A stretch of DNA of 64,000 nt, from assembly GCA_951804945.1 (NCBI GenBank), contig OX638160.1, positions 25,110,001 to 25,174,000 on the forward strand, in the 5' to 3' direction. Below, in pieces: positions 24,001 through 36,000 of the stretch; positions within the stretch are counted from its first letter, which is position 1, and each line of letters begins with the position of its first letter. Both the position numbers and the translations under genes were made by a program. Below the pieces are notes generated by a model that was given only the letters and a program-made list of their open reading frames with translations, ran no database searches and had not been told where the DNA came from. The DNA is from Podarcis cretensis. Taxonomy: Eukaryota.

Positions 24001-27000
24001 TTCTCTTTCCTAAGGATATGTTTGGAGAAAGGGGAAGGAGAATGACAAATCAATCATCTTTCATATCAGTCCTGCAATGGGGGAATGGAATCGGTCCCAG
24101 AGGCTGTAGCAATGAGCAAAACCTTCAGTTCACGGTTTCATTCCTGTTTCTGAAATTCAGTAGTATCACTACTCCAAGCTGTTTCAACATTTTATAACTG
24201 ATTGGATAATCCCGTGCTATTGTTAGCTGGTCAGTTTGCTAATTCAACTCTAAATACATACAGTTCTAGGGGGGGAAAGAAAACAGTTTTTCTCCAAGTC
24301 ACAACACTTGGCTGTACATAATGAACTTAAGCCCTTAAAGATTCCTCAGGTGTTCTGCAATACATATGCTATGGCATCCCACCTAGCTACAAGTGGAATG
24401 AAACTACCATTTGCTGTATGTCCTGGGGTAGCATTAAGTTGTAAAACCTAAGTTTGTTATATACCCAATATACAATCCTAAATATGCATTAAAAACAGAA
24501 TTAAGGTGATAATAGCTAATGTAAAGGTTTGATTTGCATAATAAACTCAAATGTTCATGTCTTTCTACAAAGAAATCAAAGATCTGACATCGGTATAATG
24601 TTAGTGCTGCTTCTGCAATGAGCAAGACTATTTTTATGAATTTATTGACAGATTTATTTTTTTGTAATGTCAGCTGGCTAGAATGCTTTCCAAACAATCT
24701 TGGACACAGTCTTATATGGCTCTGGTTCTTCAAGAAACCTCTGGTTGACAGCTATGCACACACATAATATTTTCCTTTCCAAACCAATTGCCTCCTACTA
24801 GCACACAGCCAGATGAAGCTACATCTCTACTAAAAATTAAACTACACCCCCATCCACCCCACCAAAAAAAAAAAAAAAAATCTGGGAAGAAGACAAGCCA
24901 GAAAGCTGTCTTATGACTTGTTCGAACTTCCAAGACTGATAATCTGAAGAATGTATTTCAGTCTGTAGCCTGCCTTATTTCCAAGATACAGAGCAGACTC
25001 AACAGTATTATAGGCACAAGAGAGATGTGGGGTTTGGGCAGGGGCTGGGTTGAATTAGACTGCTTTCTTATCATTACTGTTCCTTCCCTTGAAAGTCTGC
25101 TGAGGCAGCTGAGACCGTTCTGCACATCCTGCTCTGCCAGGAAACCAGCAATTCAGCACTATGGCAGTTGGGCACATGCTTTCATTCTCATGTATCTTTC
25201 ACAAGCTTACCATTCTTTTGCTTAATCTTTCAATATAATATTTCACACACAACAAAGTTAAAAATATTTTAAATAAATAATTATTAGTACAGGAATTACG
25301 GTATTAAACTAAACCATTTTGTACTATGTGCTAGGGTCTTCGATAACTTTAATATCCAAGACAGTGGTACCTCGGGTTACATACCCTTCAGGTTACACAC
25401 TCCGCTAACCTAGAAATAGTGCTTCAGGTTAAGAACTTTGCTTCAGGATAAGAACAGAAATAGGGCTACGGCGGTGCGGCGGCAGCAGGAGGCCCCATTA
25501 GCTAAAGTGGTGCTTCAGGTTAAGAACAGTTTCAGGTTAAGTATGGACCTCCAGAACTAATTAAGTACTCAGCCTGAGATACCACTGTACAGCTTTTGCA
25601 TCTAAATATCATGGCTTGCCCATAGACAGACATTATCACCATTTAAGTTAAAGTAAATACTCATAAACAAAAATGCTTACCTCCCTCAACCAGGACTAAT
25701 GACAGAAAACAGCATCTCTGCCTTTGAAAGTTTCCAGACTATAGTAAACCTGCAAGATGCTAATACTGCTATCAGCCCAGACTGGCTCACTCCTCTAGTA
25801 GGAGAGGAAGAACAAAGCACTGTCCTGTCTACCAACACTAATACATATCCAACAGTAATTAGGTCAAGCACCAGCTGTCCACAATAAACAAACCTGTAAC
25901 AAAATAAATCCTTGCAATAAAAAGCCACCTTAAGTATTCTAACTGCAAGTTAAAACCTATACATTTTTTAAAAATGTAAGATAGCATTCAAGGACCCAGG
26001 AATAAGGCATGTGAGCCTTGTGGGTTTAATAGCAATCAATCAATCAAACCTTTATTGGGACTTCCGGTCGGCGCCAGCGCTTAATGGCGGTCCGAGCCTC
26101 GAGCTCCGAGGCAGGACTGCTCCGTTAGTTCGGGTCTTACCCGCTACGGCAAGCGGGGGACCCCTAAAATCACAGGCGCGGAGCCTGTGAACAAAGGAGA
26201 TTCGGTGGGCACCTTTTGCGCCCCCCGGTACTGTGAGGGAGCCTTTTTAAAGGCTTCTGAGCGGCATCGGGGTAAGCGCGGTGCTGAGAGTCGTCACCCA
26301 GCTAGCGGAGTGAAGCCGCGTCGCCATGAGCGGAGAGCGCCGATTCCTTCCTGCAATTGGAATTTGACCACAACACCCGTGAGTAAGATTGGAAAAGTAA
26401 CGGGACTTTTAAAAAAATAAAATTGGCTGAAAACGGGAAAGGCAAAAATTAAGGAAGTCTGCCTCTCCGGAACTGCAGAAGGAATAAAGCAACGAAAATC
26501 AAGCTGCACTTAAAGGGAACCTTTCTAATTTTTTTAAGCTGTCAAACTGACATCGGACTTAAAACCTCCCCCCAGACTGGCAGGAGAAGGGGGGAAGGGA
26601 TTGGAACGTTGTTATCTGCTGGAAAATTAATGGAAAATTAAGAACTTCCATTGCCAAATCCCCTGGGGTCGGGCTGCCCAAACAAGACACCTGGGACGTG
26701 GTCTGTCAAACTCTGAGAAGTGGGGACTTGTTTGCAAAAAAGTTATCGGACCTTAGATGTACTTTGTTGCATTTTGGCCACATAGAAAAATAGAGACTTT
26801 ACAATTTGGATATTGGAAACTTTTGGCTACTGTTGTATTCCCTTGCTTCTTTGTTGTTTTTCCATCTTTGCCATTTGGATACAATTGAATGCTCCCTCTA
26901 GAGGGCTCTATCTGAAACTGTTGCACTTGAAAAAGTAACAGTGGGATTTTCCACTTGGGAATCAACTCTGTGAGAACGACCTTGAGGATATGAGTGCCCC

Positions 27001-30000
27001 TACAGATGAGATAGTAACAAGGCAGAAAGCAAAACAAGCTCATAAGAAAAGGGCCTCTATATCAGGAACTGCAGCTGTGCAGGAAAAAACACCAGCTTCT
27101 ATGGATCCTATGACTCAGGCTCTACTTAAAATAAATCAATCCCTGGAAGCATTGACAAAACTTTCGACAGAGAACTCTAAAAAATTAACAGAGTTGACAA
27201 CAAGGTTGGATGTGAATACGGCTAGTGTCGCATCGAACACAGATTCTATAAATAGATTAATCCAGGAAAATTCAGAAACACGAAAGATTGCAGAAAGTGC
27301 AAAAATAACAGCTGAAGAGACAAGGGAAAAATTTGGGCCTATTGTTAAAAAAGTGAATGAGCATGATGCAGCCCTCTCCTTACTGGAACTTCAACGTAAA
27401 GAGAAGAATTTAAAATTTAGATTGGTGCCTGAAGTGGAAGGGGACAACCTTGTGAAATTTCTCACAGAGAACATTATAACTTTTTGGCGGGAAGAATGGG
27501 AGGAAGATGAGGAACTTGAGATAATTTCAGCCTTTCGACTGGGCAGAAGGCAGGACAAAAAACCAAGGGATTGCTTAATTACATTGAGATCAAAAGAAGA
27601 AAGAGATAGAATACTGAATTTGCATTACCAAAAGGCATTGGTGATCCAAAATTGTCAGATACAGATTTTTAAGGACATTCCTAAATACATTTTAGAGGTG
27701 AGAACATATTACAAGAGTTTAGTAGACCTGCTGAAGAAAAACACCATACCATTCAGATGGGAATTTCCACAAGGATTGTCCTTTAACTTCAATGGAAGGA
27801 AGATTAAAATAAAAACAATTCAGGACAAAGAACTATTTCTAGAGAAGTATCTGGAGGATTTGCAGAAAGGAACCGTGGAGGAGAGGGAACCACCCGATAT
27901 AGCAAATCTGTCATTTGGACTTTCACTACCACCATCGGAGGAAGAGCAGAAGCTTGGAGCAGTTGGAGGAACAGCTACCTAAATACAAAATGTCTCTGCA
28001 ACTCCTTAGTTGGAACTGTAATGGTTTGAACCTTCCTCGGAAAAGAAGACAGGTTTTTCACATTCTGAAGAAAGAACAATTAGACATAATATGTTTGCAA
28101 GAAACCCATATTGCCAGGATACACAGGAAATTATTAATAAATAAGAGACTCGGTCAAGAATTCATCTCATCAGACAAAGTAAAGAAAAGAGGTGTGGTGA
28201 TTTATGCAAAGGAAAAGTTGGCCCCAAAATTAATATTTAAAGATGAACAAGGAAGATACCTGGCAATTGAAATACAAATTCAAGGAGAAAAGATATTAAT
28301 TGTGGGAGTTTATGCCCCAAATGAAGGGAAGGCCGAATTCTTTAGGAAGTTGCATGAGACATTAGTTGACTTTTTAGACTATAAAATCCTAATGATGGGA
28401 GACATGAACGGAGTTGTTTCAACAAACATGGATAAAGCACAGAGACAAGTGATTTCAAAAGAAGGGAGACTACCAAAGATCTTTTTCGAAATGACTGAAA
28501 CTATGGACTTGATTGATATTTGGAGAATAAAGAATCCTCTAGAGAGAGAGGGAACCTTCTTCTCTGAAGCAAAAATGACATGGACAAGAATAGACCAAAT
28601 TTGGATTTCTAGTAGTCTGGCGTCAAGAACAAAAAAAGTAGAAATCTGCCCAAAAACGTGCTCCGACCATAATGCGGTCAAGATGGAGATGAAACTAACA
28701 ACAACTGGTTCCTTTAGATGGAGAATGAATGACACCCTATTCAAGGATGAAGAGATCCATAAGAAGGCCCTTAAAACATTAAAAGATTATTTTGAGATCA
28801 ACAGGAAAACAGATGTGGAAAAAAGAATAATCTGGGACGCAAGCAAAGCCGTGATGCGAGGTTTCCTAATTCAACAAAATTCTATTAAGAGGAAGCAACA
28901 AAATGAAAAGAAGGAAAAAATTTTAGAAAAAATAAAAGAAGGAGAGAAGAAGTTGAGGTCTAAACCAAAGTCTCATGAGATTTTGAGAGAAATAAAGTTT
29001 CATCAGATGCAATACATGGAACTTATGAACCAACAAATAGAATGGAAGATAAAGCAAATGAGACAAAAAACTTTTGAGTCAGCGGATAAATGTGGGAAAC
29101 TTCTGTCATGGCAATTGAAAAAAAAGCAGAAAATGAACACGGTAACAAGTTTAGAAATGGATGGAAAGATTATCCACAAACCCAACGAGATTAACAATTG
29201 TTTTCAAAGCTTTTTTAAGAAATTGTACGCACAAGGGCCAACCAACGAGCAAGAAATAGAAGAATTCATTAGAAAATACGGTTTACCAAAAATCTCAGAA
29301 CAAAGTAAAAGGATCTTAAATGAGGAAATAACAGAACAAGAAATAGAGGGTGCCATTCAAAATATGAAATTGGGAAAATCACCAGGACCAGATGGCCTGA
29401 CGGCCAAATACTACAAATTGCTGAAAGAATGGCTGATACAACCATTGAAGGAAGTTTGCAATGAAATTTTAAAGGGGAAAAAGGCACCTGAATCGTGGAA
29501 AGAGGCTTTCATCTCACTTATACCGAAAACAGAGACTGAGAAGAACCAAGTTAAAAACTACCGCCCTATATCTTTACTTAATGTGGATTACAAAATTTTT
29601 GCAGACATTTTGGCAAAAAGATTGAAAAGAGTGTTGGCAGATGAGATTCATAAGGACCAAACAGGCTTTCTCCCAGGTAGACATATGTCAGACAATGTGA
29701 GGAACATTATAGACATTTTGGAGCTGCTGGACGTTGACATTAACAGGAAAGCAGTTTTGATTTTTGTGGACGCGGAGAAAGCCTTTGACAACATTTGTTG
29801 GACTTTTATGAAAAAGAATCTCCAAGGGATGGGGGTAGGACAAGGTTTTGAAAACGGTATAGGTGCAATATACTCTCAACAAAAGGCCAAATTAATTGTA
29901 AATAACGTGGTAACAGAAGAAATACCTATAGAAAAAGGTACACGACAGGGCTGCCCAATATCCCCTTTGCTTTTTATATCGGTCCTGGAGGTTTTGTTAA

Positions 30001-33000
30001 ACATGATTAGAAAGGACCAGTTGGTTAAAGGAGTTCAGGTCGGAGTTAGACATTATAAATTAAGAGCATTTGCAGATGACCTAGTATTGACTTTGCAACA
30101 GCCAGACACTAGTACTAAAAGAGTATTAGAATTAATTGAAACATTTGGTCGAGTAGCAGGTTTTAAATTGAACAGACAAAAAACGAAAGTGTTGGAAAAA
30201 AATTTAACAATGGAAGAAAGAGAGAGTTTCCAGAATGAAACAGGTTTGGAAATTACAAAAAGGGTAAAATACCTGGGGGTAAACTTAACATCCAAGAATG
30301 TGAATTTATTTAAGGATAATTATGAAAAATGTTGGTCAGAAGTTAAAAAGGATTTGGAAATATGGTCAAGGCTGAAACTTTCCTTGTTAGGCCGAATTGC
30401 TACCATTAAGATGAATGTATTGCCTAGAATGCTGTTTTTATTCCAGACGCTGCAGATTGTGGACAAGATGGATTGTTTCAAGAAGTGGCAGAAAGATATA
30501 TCAAAATTTGTCTGGCAGGGCAAAAAGCCCAGAATTAAATTTAAGATTTTAACTGATGCAAAGGATAGAGGGGGGTTTGCCCTGCCGGACTTAAGACTCT
30601 ACTATGAATCAGCAGCTTTCTGCTGGTTGAAACACTGGCTACTTCTTGAGAATACTGACATTTTGGATCTGGAAGGGTATGACAATAGTTTTGGTTGGCA
30701 TGCATATTTATGGTACGACAAGGTAAAGGTGTATAAAAGTTTTAAAAACCATATTGTAAGGAAAGCATTGTACAACGTTTGGAGTAGATACAAAGATTTG
30801 TGGGAAAGTAAAACCCCTAGGTGGGTGTCACCAATGGAAGCTAGGGAAGTAAAAAAGCTTAATATGGATTCTAAATGGCCAAAATATCATGAGATTATAG
30901 AATACGATGGTGAAAGGGTGAAACTTCAGAGTTATGAGAAACTAAAACCTAAGGTTCGAGATTGGTTGCATTACCATCAGATAAATGAGACGTTTAAACA
31001 GGACAGGAAAATAGGATTTCAGAAAGAGAAGTCAAAATTAGAAACAGAATTGTTGGAACCCAATACTAAGAATTTATCAAGAATGTATAACTTGCTGTTA
31101 AAATGGAATACACAGGATGAAACGGTGAAATCAGCTATGATTAAATGGGCACAAGACATAGGTCATGATATTATGTTTGCTGACTGGGAACAGTTATGGA
31201 CCACCGGTATTAAATTTACTGCATGTAATGCTTTAAAAGAAAATATTATGAAAATGATCTACCGGTGGTACATGACCCCAGTCAAGCTTGCAAAAATTTA
31301 TCATTTGCCTAATAATAAGTGTTGGAAATGTAATGAGACTGAAGGCACTTTTTACCACCTTTGGTGGACCTGCCCAAAGGTTAAAGCTTTCTGGGAAATG
31401 ATCTATAATGAAATTAAGAAGGTTCTTAAGTGGACTTTTCCTAAGAAACCAGAGGCTTTCCTCTTGGGCATGGTGGGCCAAGTGGTGTTAAGGAAGGATA
31501 GGACATTCTTTATGTATGCCACTACAGCAGCAAGAATTCTACTGGCAAAGTATTGGAAGACGCAAGAACTACCTACTCTGGAAGAATGGCAAACAAAGGT
31601 GATTGACTTTATGGGACTGGCTGAGATGACGGGCAGAATCCGGGACCAGGGGAAAGAGACAGTGGAAGAGGACTGGAAGAACTTCAAGATATATCTTAAA
31701 AATAATTGTAAAATTGAGGAATGTTAAGATGTCAGGGGGTAAGAAGTAAAGAATTGCAGCAGTAAATAAAAAAAAAACTTAAGAAATATTTATGAAAAAG
31801 AACTAAGACAATGGACTTAAGGGTTGCTAAAGAATTTTAAACAAGGATGCAGGGATAGGGAGGTATGGGGAAGTCAAAGAAAAAAAGACTATGAATTGAT
31901 GATTATGAAGTAATACTGTGTTACATTGTTCTTCATTTTATGTGTGGAAAATTAATAAAAATCATTATAAAAAAAAAAAACAATCAAACCTTTATTGCAT
32001 TAGCATACAGCCATAGCAGGATAAAAAAATAAAATAAAATAAAAAAATGCTAGAGACAAACAACCAAACAAAATTCAAAGCGATATTACTGCGAATGTAT
32101 ATAAAGCATATAATGGCCCCAAAATAGGCTCGGGACATTAGGTTAAAAAGGTAATAAAAGAATTAAGACAGGTCCAGGTCTAGGACACACTACCCCGTCA
32201 GAGTAGCCCTGAGTTTCAAGGCCTGCACTATAAAGATTGCCACCCCACGTGTAACTTGGGGATTTGCGTCCACAAGAAGCATTCTCAAACAGTCTTCCTT
32301 AGATGTGATGGTGGACGGGATCAAGAGGAGGAGCTTAGTTCTTATTAGCTCATAAATAGGACAGTAGAAAAAGAAATGTATGAAGTCCTCTACTTCATTC
32401 ATTGTGCATGGACATAGACGCTGAGTAATAGGGGTCTTAGAGTAAATCCCCTGCAGGAAGGCCGTGGGTATAGAATGGAAACGGGCCATGGTAAACGCTC
32501 TTCTCAAATTGGGCTCCTTCAGGTCTATCAAGTAGTTGGCAAGTGATCTTACCACTTTCACTTTAGGGAGCCACATGGAGAGGCGAGCTGTGGTGGACTG
32601 TGCCCGGTCCATGGCCTCGTCTCTAGTAAGAATCCAGGCCCGGATTTTATGTTGATCCCAAGCTGACAGCGTGTCCAGATCTGGGAGGGAGTAGCGTGCA
32701 GTAATAGTCTCCATGGCCTTGGACCATTTATTGCTATGAGAACTAGTTAAAAAGGCTTGCCTGGCTAAAAGGGAACCTGGGGCTTTGATTAATTTACAAT
32801 AAAAACTAATAATTCTAATGTGGGCTCTTGCAACAATGGAGGGGAGGCCCAGTTCTGTTCTTAACTGTGCAGCAACCGAGCCCTTGGGGAGACCCAGTAC
32901 CTTTCGTGCAAAGGAGTTTTGTAGAATCTCGAGCCGTTGTAGTGTTTTTAAATTCCACCCCCAGATTTCAACCCCATACAGTAGCATCGGGAGGACTTTG

Positions 33001-36000
33001 CTGATAAATGCTTTTCTGATTGGTGGAACCAACTGGCCGCCTTTTGCATAGAAGAATTTCTCCAAAGCTTTGATGGTTCTACGGGCAGCCAGGATGGACA
33101 TATTTAGGTGAGCTGTCCAGCTAAGCCCATACTGAAAAGTGATACCCAAATACTTGAATGCTGAACAATATTCAATAGAGTGGCCCTCAAAATTCCAAAA
33201 TGGCTTCCGAGTTTTCGTGCCAAAAGTAAGAATTTTGGTTTTGGCGAAATTGATTTTGAGGGAGTTGGTATCACAATATGTCATGAGCCCTCTGAGCATG
33301 TTGTTTAAGCCCTGCTTGGTTAAAGACAGTATCACCATGTCGTCCGCGTAGAGTAATATGGGGATCTTGAGCTGTTGTAAAGAGGGGGCAGATTGGTTTA
33401 GGGCCTTCATGGTTGTAACGATGTCATTGATGTAGAAATTAAATAGAAAAGGAGCCAAGAGGCAGCCCTGTTTGACCCCTTTATTCAGAGGGAAAGAATC
33501 AGAAAGGGCTCCCAGAGGGCCAAATTTTACTCTGGCTGATATATCATTGTGAATTTCCATAAGAAGGTGGAGGAGCCTCTTATCTATGTTGGTGTAACTA
33601 AGCTTCTGCCATAGCCTATCTCTAGGGATGGAGTCGAAAGCGGAGGTCAGGTCCACAAAAGCCACGTGTAGTTTGCAGTTAAACCTGTTTAGGTATTTAT
33701 AAATCAGGGTAAATAGAACAAGACATTGGCCAGATGTACTATGACCTTTACGGAATCCAGCCTGTTCTGGGTGGAATAGCTTTGTTTCTGCCCACTCGAT
33801 TAATTTCTCTAATTTAATAGCATTTGACTGCCATCACAGGCCTGAAGTGCTTGAACACCAAAAAAGGCCAGAAGCCCAATGGTGGCATAACTAAAAATAT
33901 GTAATACTGCATTATTTCTATAATCCCTGGTATTAGTAATTTAAAAAATAATAAATGCTGTATACTATGGTAACACCAACACATTATTCAAAGCAGCACT
34001 AAATTAATTTGTGGCTTTATTTTATTTAATTAAAATAATTACATTAAAAAGGATCAAACTCTGCCCACAGGCTTGTGATCTAAACTAGAGGTGGGAAGAC
34101 TTTAGGCCTGTTGGACCTACTTTATTTGTTTTACTTCCACACAAGGATCTACCAGTACCACATGCAAAATATATACAGTGATAATTAAATAACAGGGTGC
34201 ATTTCTGAATACCTTTTGGGCTTTGAACTTTATTTTCACTACCAGAACTGAACTCCCAGTCCTTTCATATGAAACCCCAATCCCAGTCAACTTTCCTTAT
34301 TCCAGCAGCCTGATATAGGTGGGAAAGTCATTTTGTTGTTGCAATTAACAACCAAGTAAGGAATCCTTGACAATCTATTGCAAATCCTGATCTACTTTCT
34401 GCCCTCTTCTAACCTAAACAACTGCATTTTTTTCACTGATCAGATTTCCTGGTTTAGCCCAGTTCGCAAACAGCAACTTTCTCTGGTAAGAAAGCAATGG
34501 CTACCGCACGGCCACCACCACAATGCTATTTCAGTTGAAGAAAGAAAAAGATAGTCATATTGAAGCTACATGACTTCTCTTCTAGCTCCTCCATGGAATT
34601 CATTCTCAGGAATAGAATCTGCAGTGTTGCTTCCCAAACAAAATTAAATACTTACTATTAATGCAAGATGCAGCCTTTTACTATGAATGTTTACTCAAAA
34701 GTAAGGCCCACCATGTTTACTAGAACACACACAAATGTGTGTGTATTCAGTTGCAACCCAAGTTTTGACAGTGCTGTAGTTAGCTTTTTGAGTTCAGTGA
34801 CTGTGCTCGCAAAGTAATGTTAAAAACTATGGTGGAAATGAAGTATCCTTTTCAAAGAATGTTGGCTTGTCACGTTGTTTGAACAAGGAATGCTGACAGG
34901 TTAATTACATAAGTCACCTTTGCAACCAATGGTTTGAAGCTGGCTTGTTTTAGAAACTTACTAGTAAACTGTGTTTTCTAGCATGTGTAACAGAACAAGC
35001 AAAAATTATCTGAAAGGGGAACAAATCTCTGAAAAGTGATATGGATCAAAGCTTGTAGGCCCAATGCTTTGCTTGGACTCACTGCAGTTCATCCATACAG
35101 CACTACACAGTGTGGGACAGAGGGAGAGAAGGAATTCAGTGAAGCACCGTGTAAGCTCTGATAAAAACAAACATTATGTTTTTACATGTCATCAGTTTAT
35201 TCTACCTTCAATTCAAACATTACTAGAGTGCTGGACAACTTCATTAGTGAGCTACACCAGAAACACTAAACAAATCCAATGCATTTTATGGTAGTACACA
35301 ATCCTTCATTGCAATCCATGATGAATCAGCCATTACATCCATCACTCCTCATTTCTGAGGTTCGCAGCATCATCTGATTGACCACTTCTTGGGCCTATCT
35401 GGACATCCCTTTGACACATATTGTGAAACTGGAAGGTCTTAAGGCTTGTGCAAACATATTCACTCCCTCTCCCTGCTTCTCTGTACTGTGGGAGAAACAA
35501 ACATTTGAACCTTAACATTCCAGTTCTTTTAACACAGGAGCTCCCCTGATGCTGGCACATTAATCTTCCCCTGTGGGAGGAAAGTGCAGGACAGGCAGGA
35601 AAGTTACTATATGAACTTGTCTGTTCCCAATCTTTCCCCAGGGAAATCTTGATACAAAAATAACATCTGAATAAGACTGTGTGCTCAGCTATCCAGTGGC
35701 CCCTCTTTGGTGTGACAGAACAAGGAAGTTCTTATTTGCTGGACATTCTATGCTCAGTCTCTTCTGAAACTACCGTTTCCCCTGGATTTCTGCATCTGAA
35801 GACATAATACAAAAGCTGCATTTTGCATTCATACTTTGTTTCAGCTCCCCTCAGACTATCCCACATTAACAGGTGTGGCCTTGTGACAAATATCCACATG
35901 TTTTTATGAATCACTGATGACTCTACATAAATACTGAAGTCAGCCAGTCATGAGCTGAATGAATTCCAGCTTACAACTGACAACAATCTTGCTAAAGCTC

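Larger units (their letters stand above)
26058..31980 (+). mobile_element. Full-length L1-clade LINE (~5.9 kb), antisense to STAM in intron 1
   Basis: CpG-rich 5'UTR, intact ORF1 and ORF2, G-rich 3'UTR (31852-31870), AATAAA at 31954-31959, poly(A) to 31980. Perfect 17-bp TSD CAATCAAACCTTTATTG at 26041-26057 and 31981-31997. Confidence 0.97.
26035..33812 (-). mobile_element. 5'-truncated non-LTR retrotransposon, RTE-X-like; body 31981-33812, tail remnant 26035-26057, split by the L1
   Basis: Uninterrupted RT frame ([39 protein letters not shown]) with C-terminal CPC..ED..HF..CP.Y motif. 3' end is AATAAA + (TTGA)n. 10-bp TSD TTTAATAGCA at 26025-26034 and 33813-33822. Clade assignment is from motif recall. 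Confidence 0.85.

Noticed and set aside
26753-27043. 96-aa antisense ORF at the L1 5'UTR/ORF1 boundary (possible ORF0 analogue)
   Set aside because: No recognisable motif, and the length is compatible with chance. It would need conservation across family members.
27915-27989. ORF-track start of L1 ORF2 at 27915 (MDFHYHH...)
   Set aside because: The start is a TTG inside ORF1. The endonuclease domain begins right after the ATG at 27990.
28379-33351. Many 60-120 aa ORFs antisense to the L1 and RTE-X ORFs
   Set aside because: Shadow ORFs produced by codon bias on the opposite strand.
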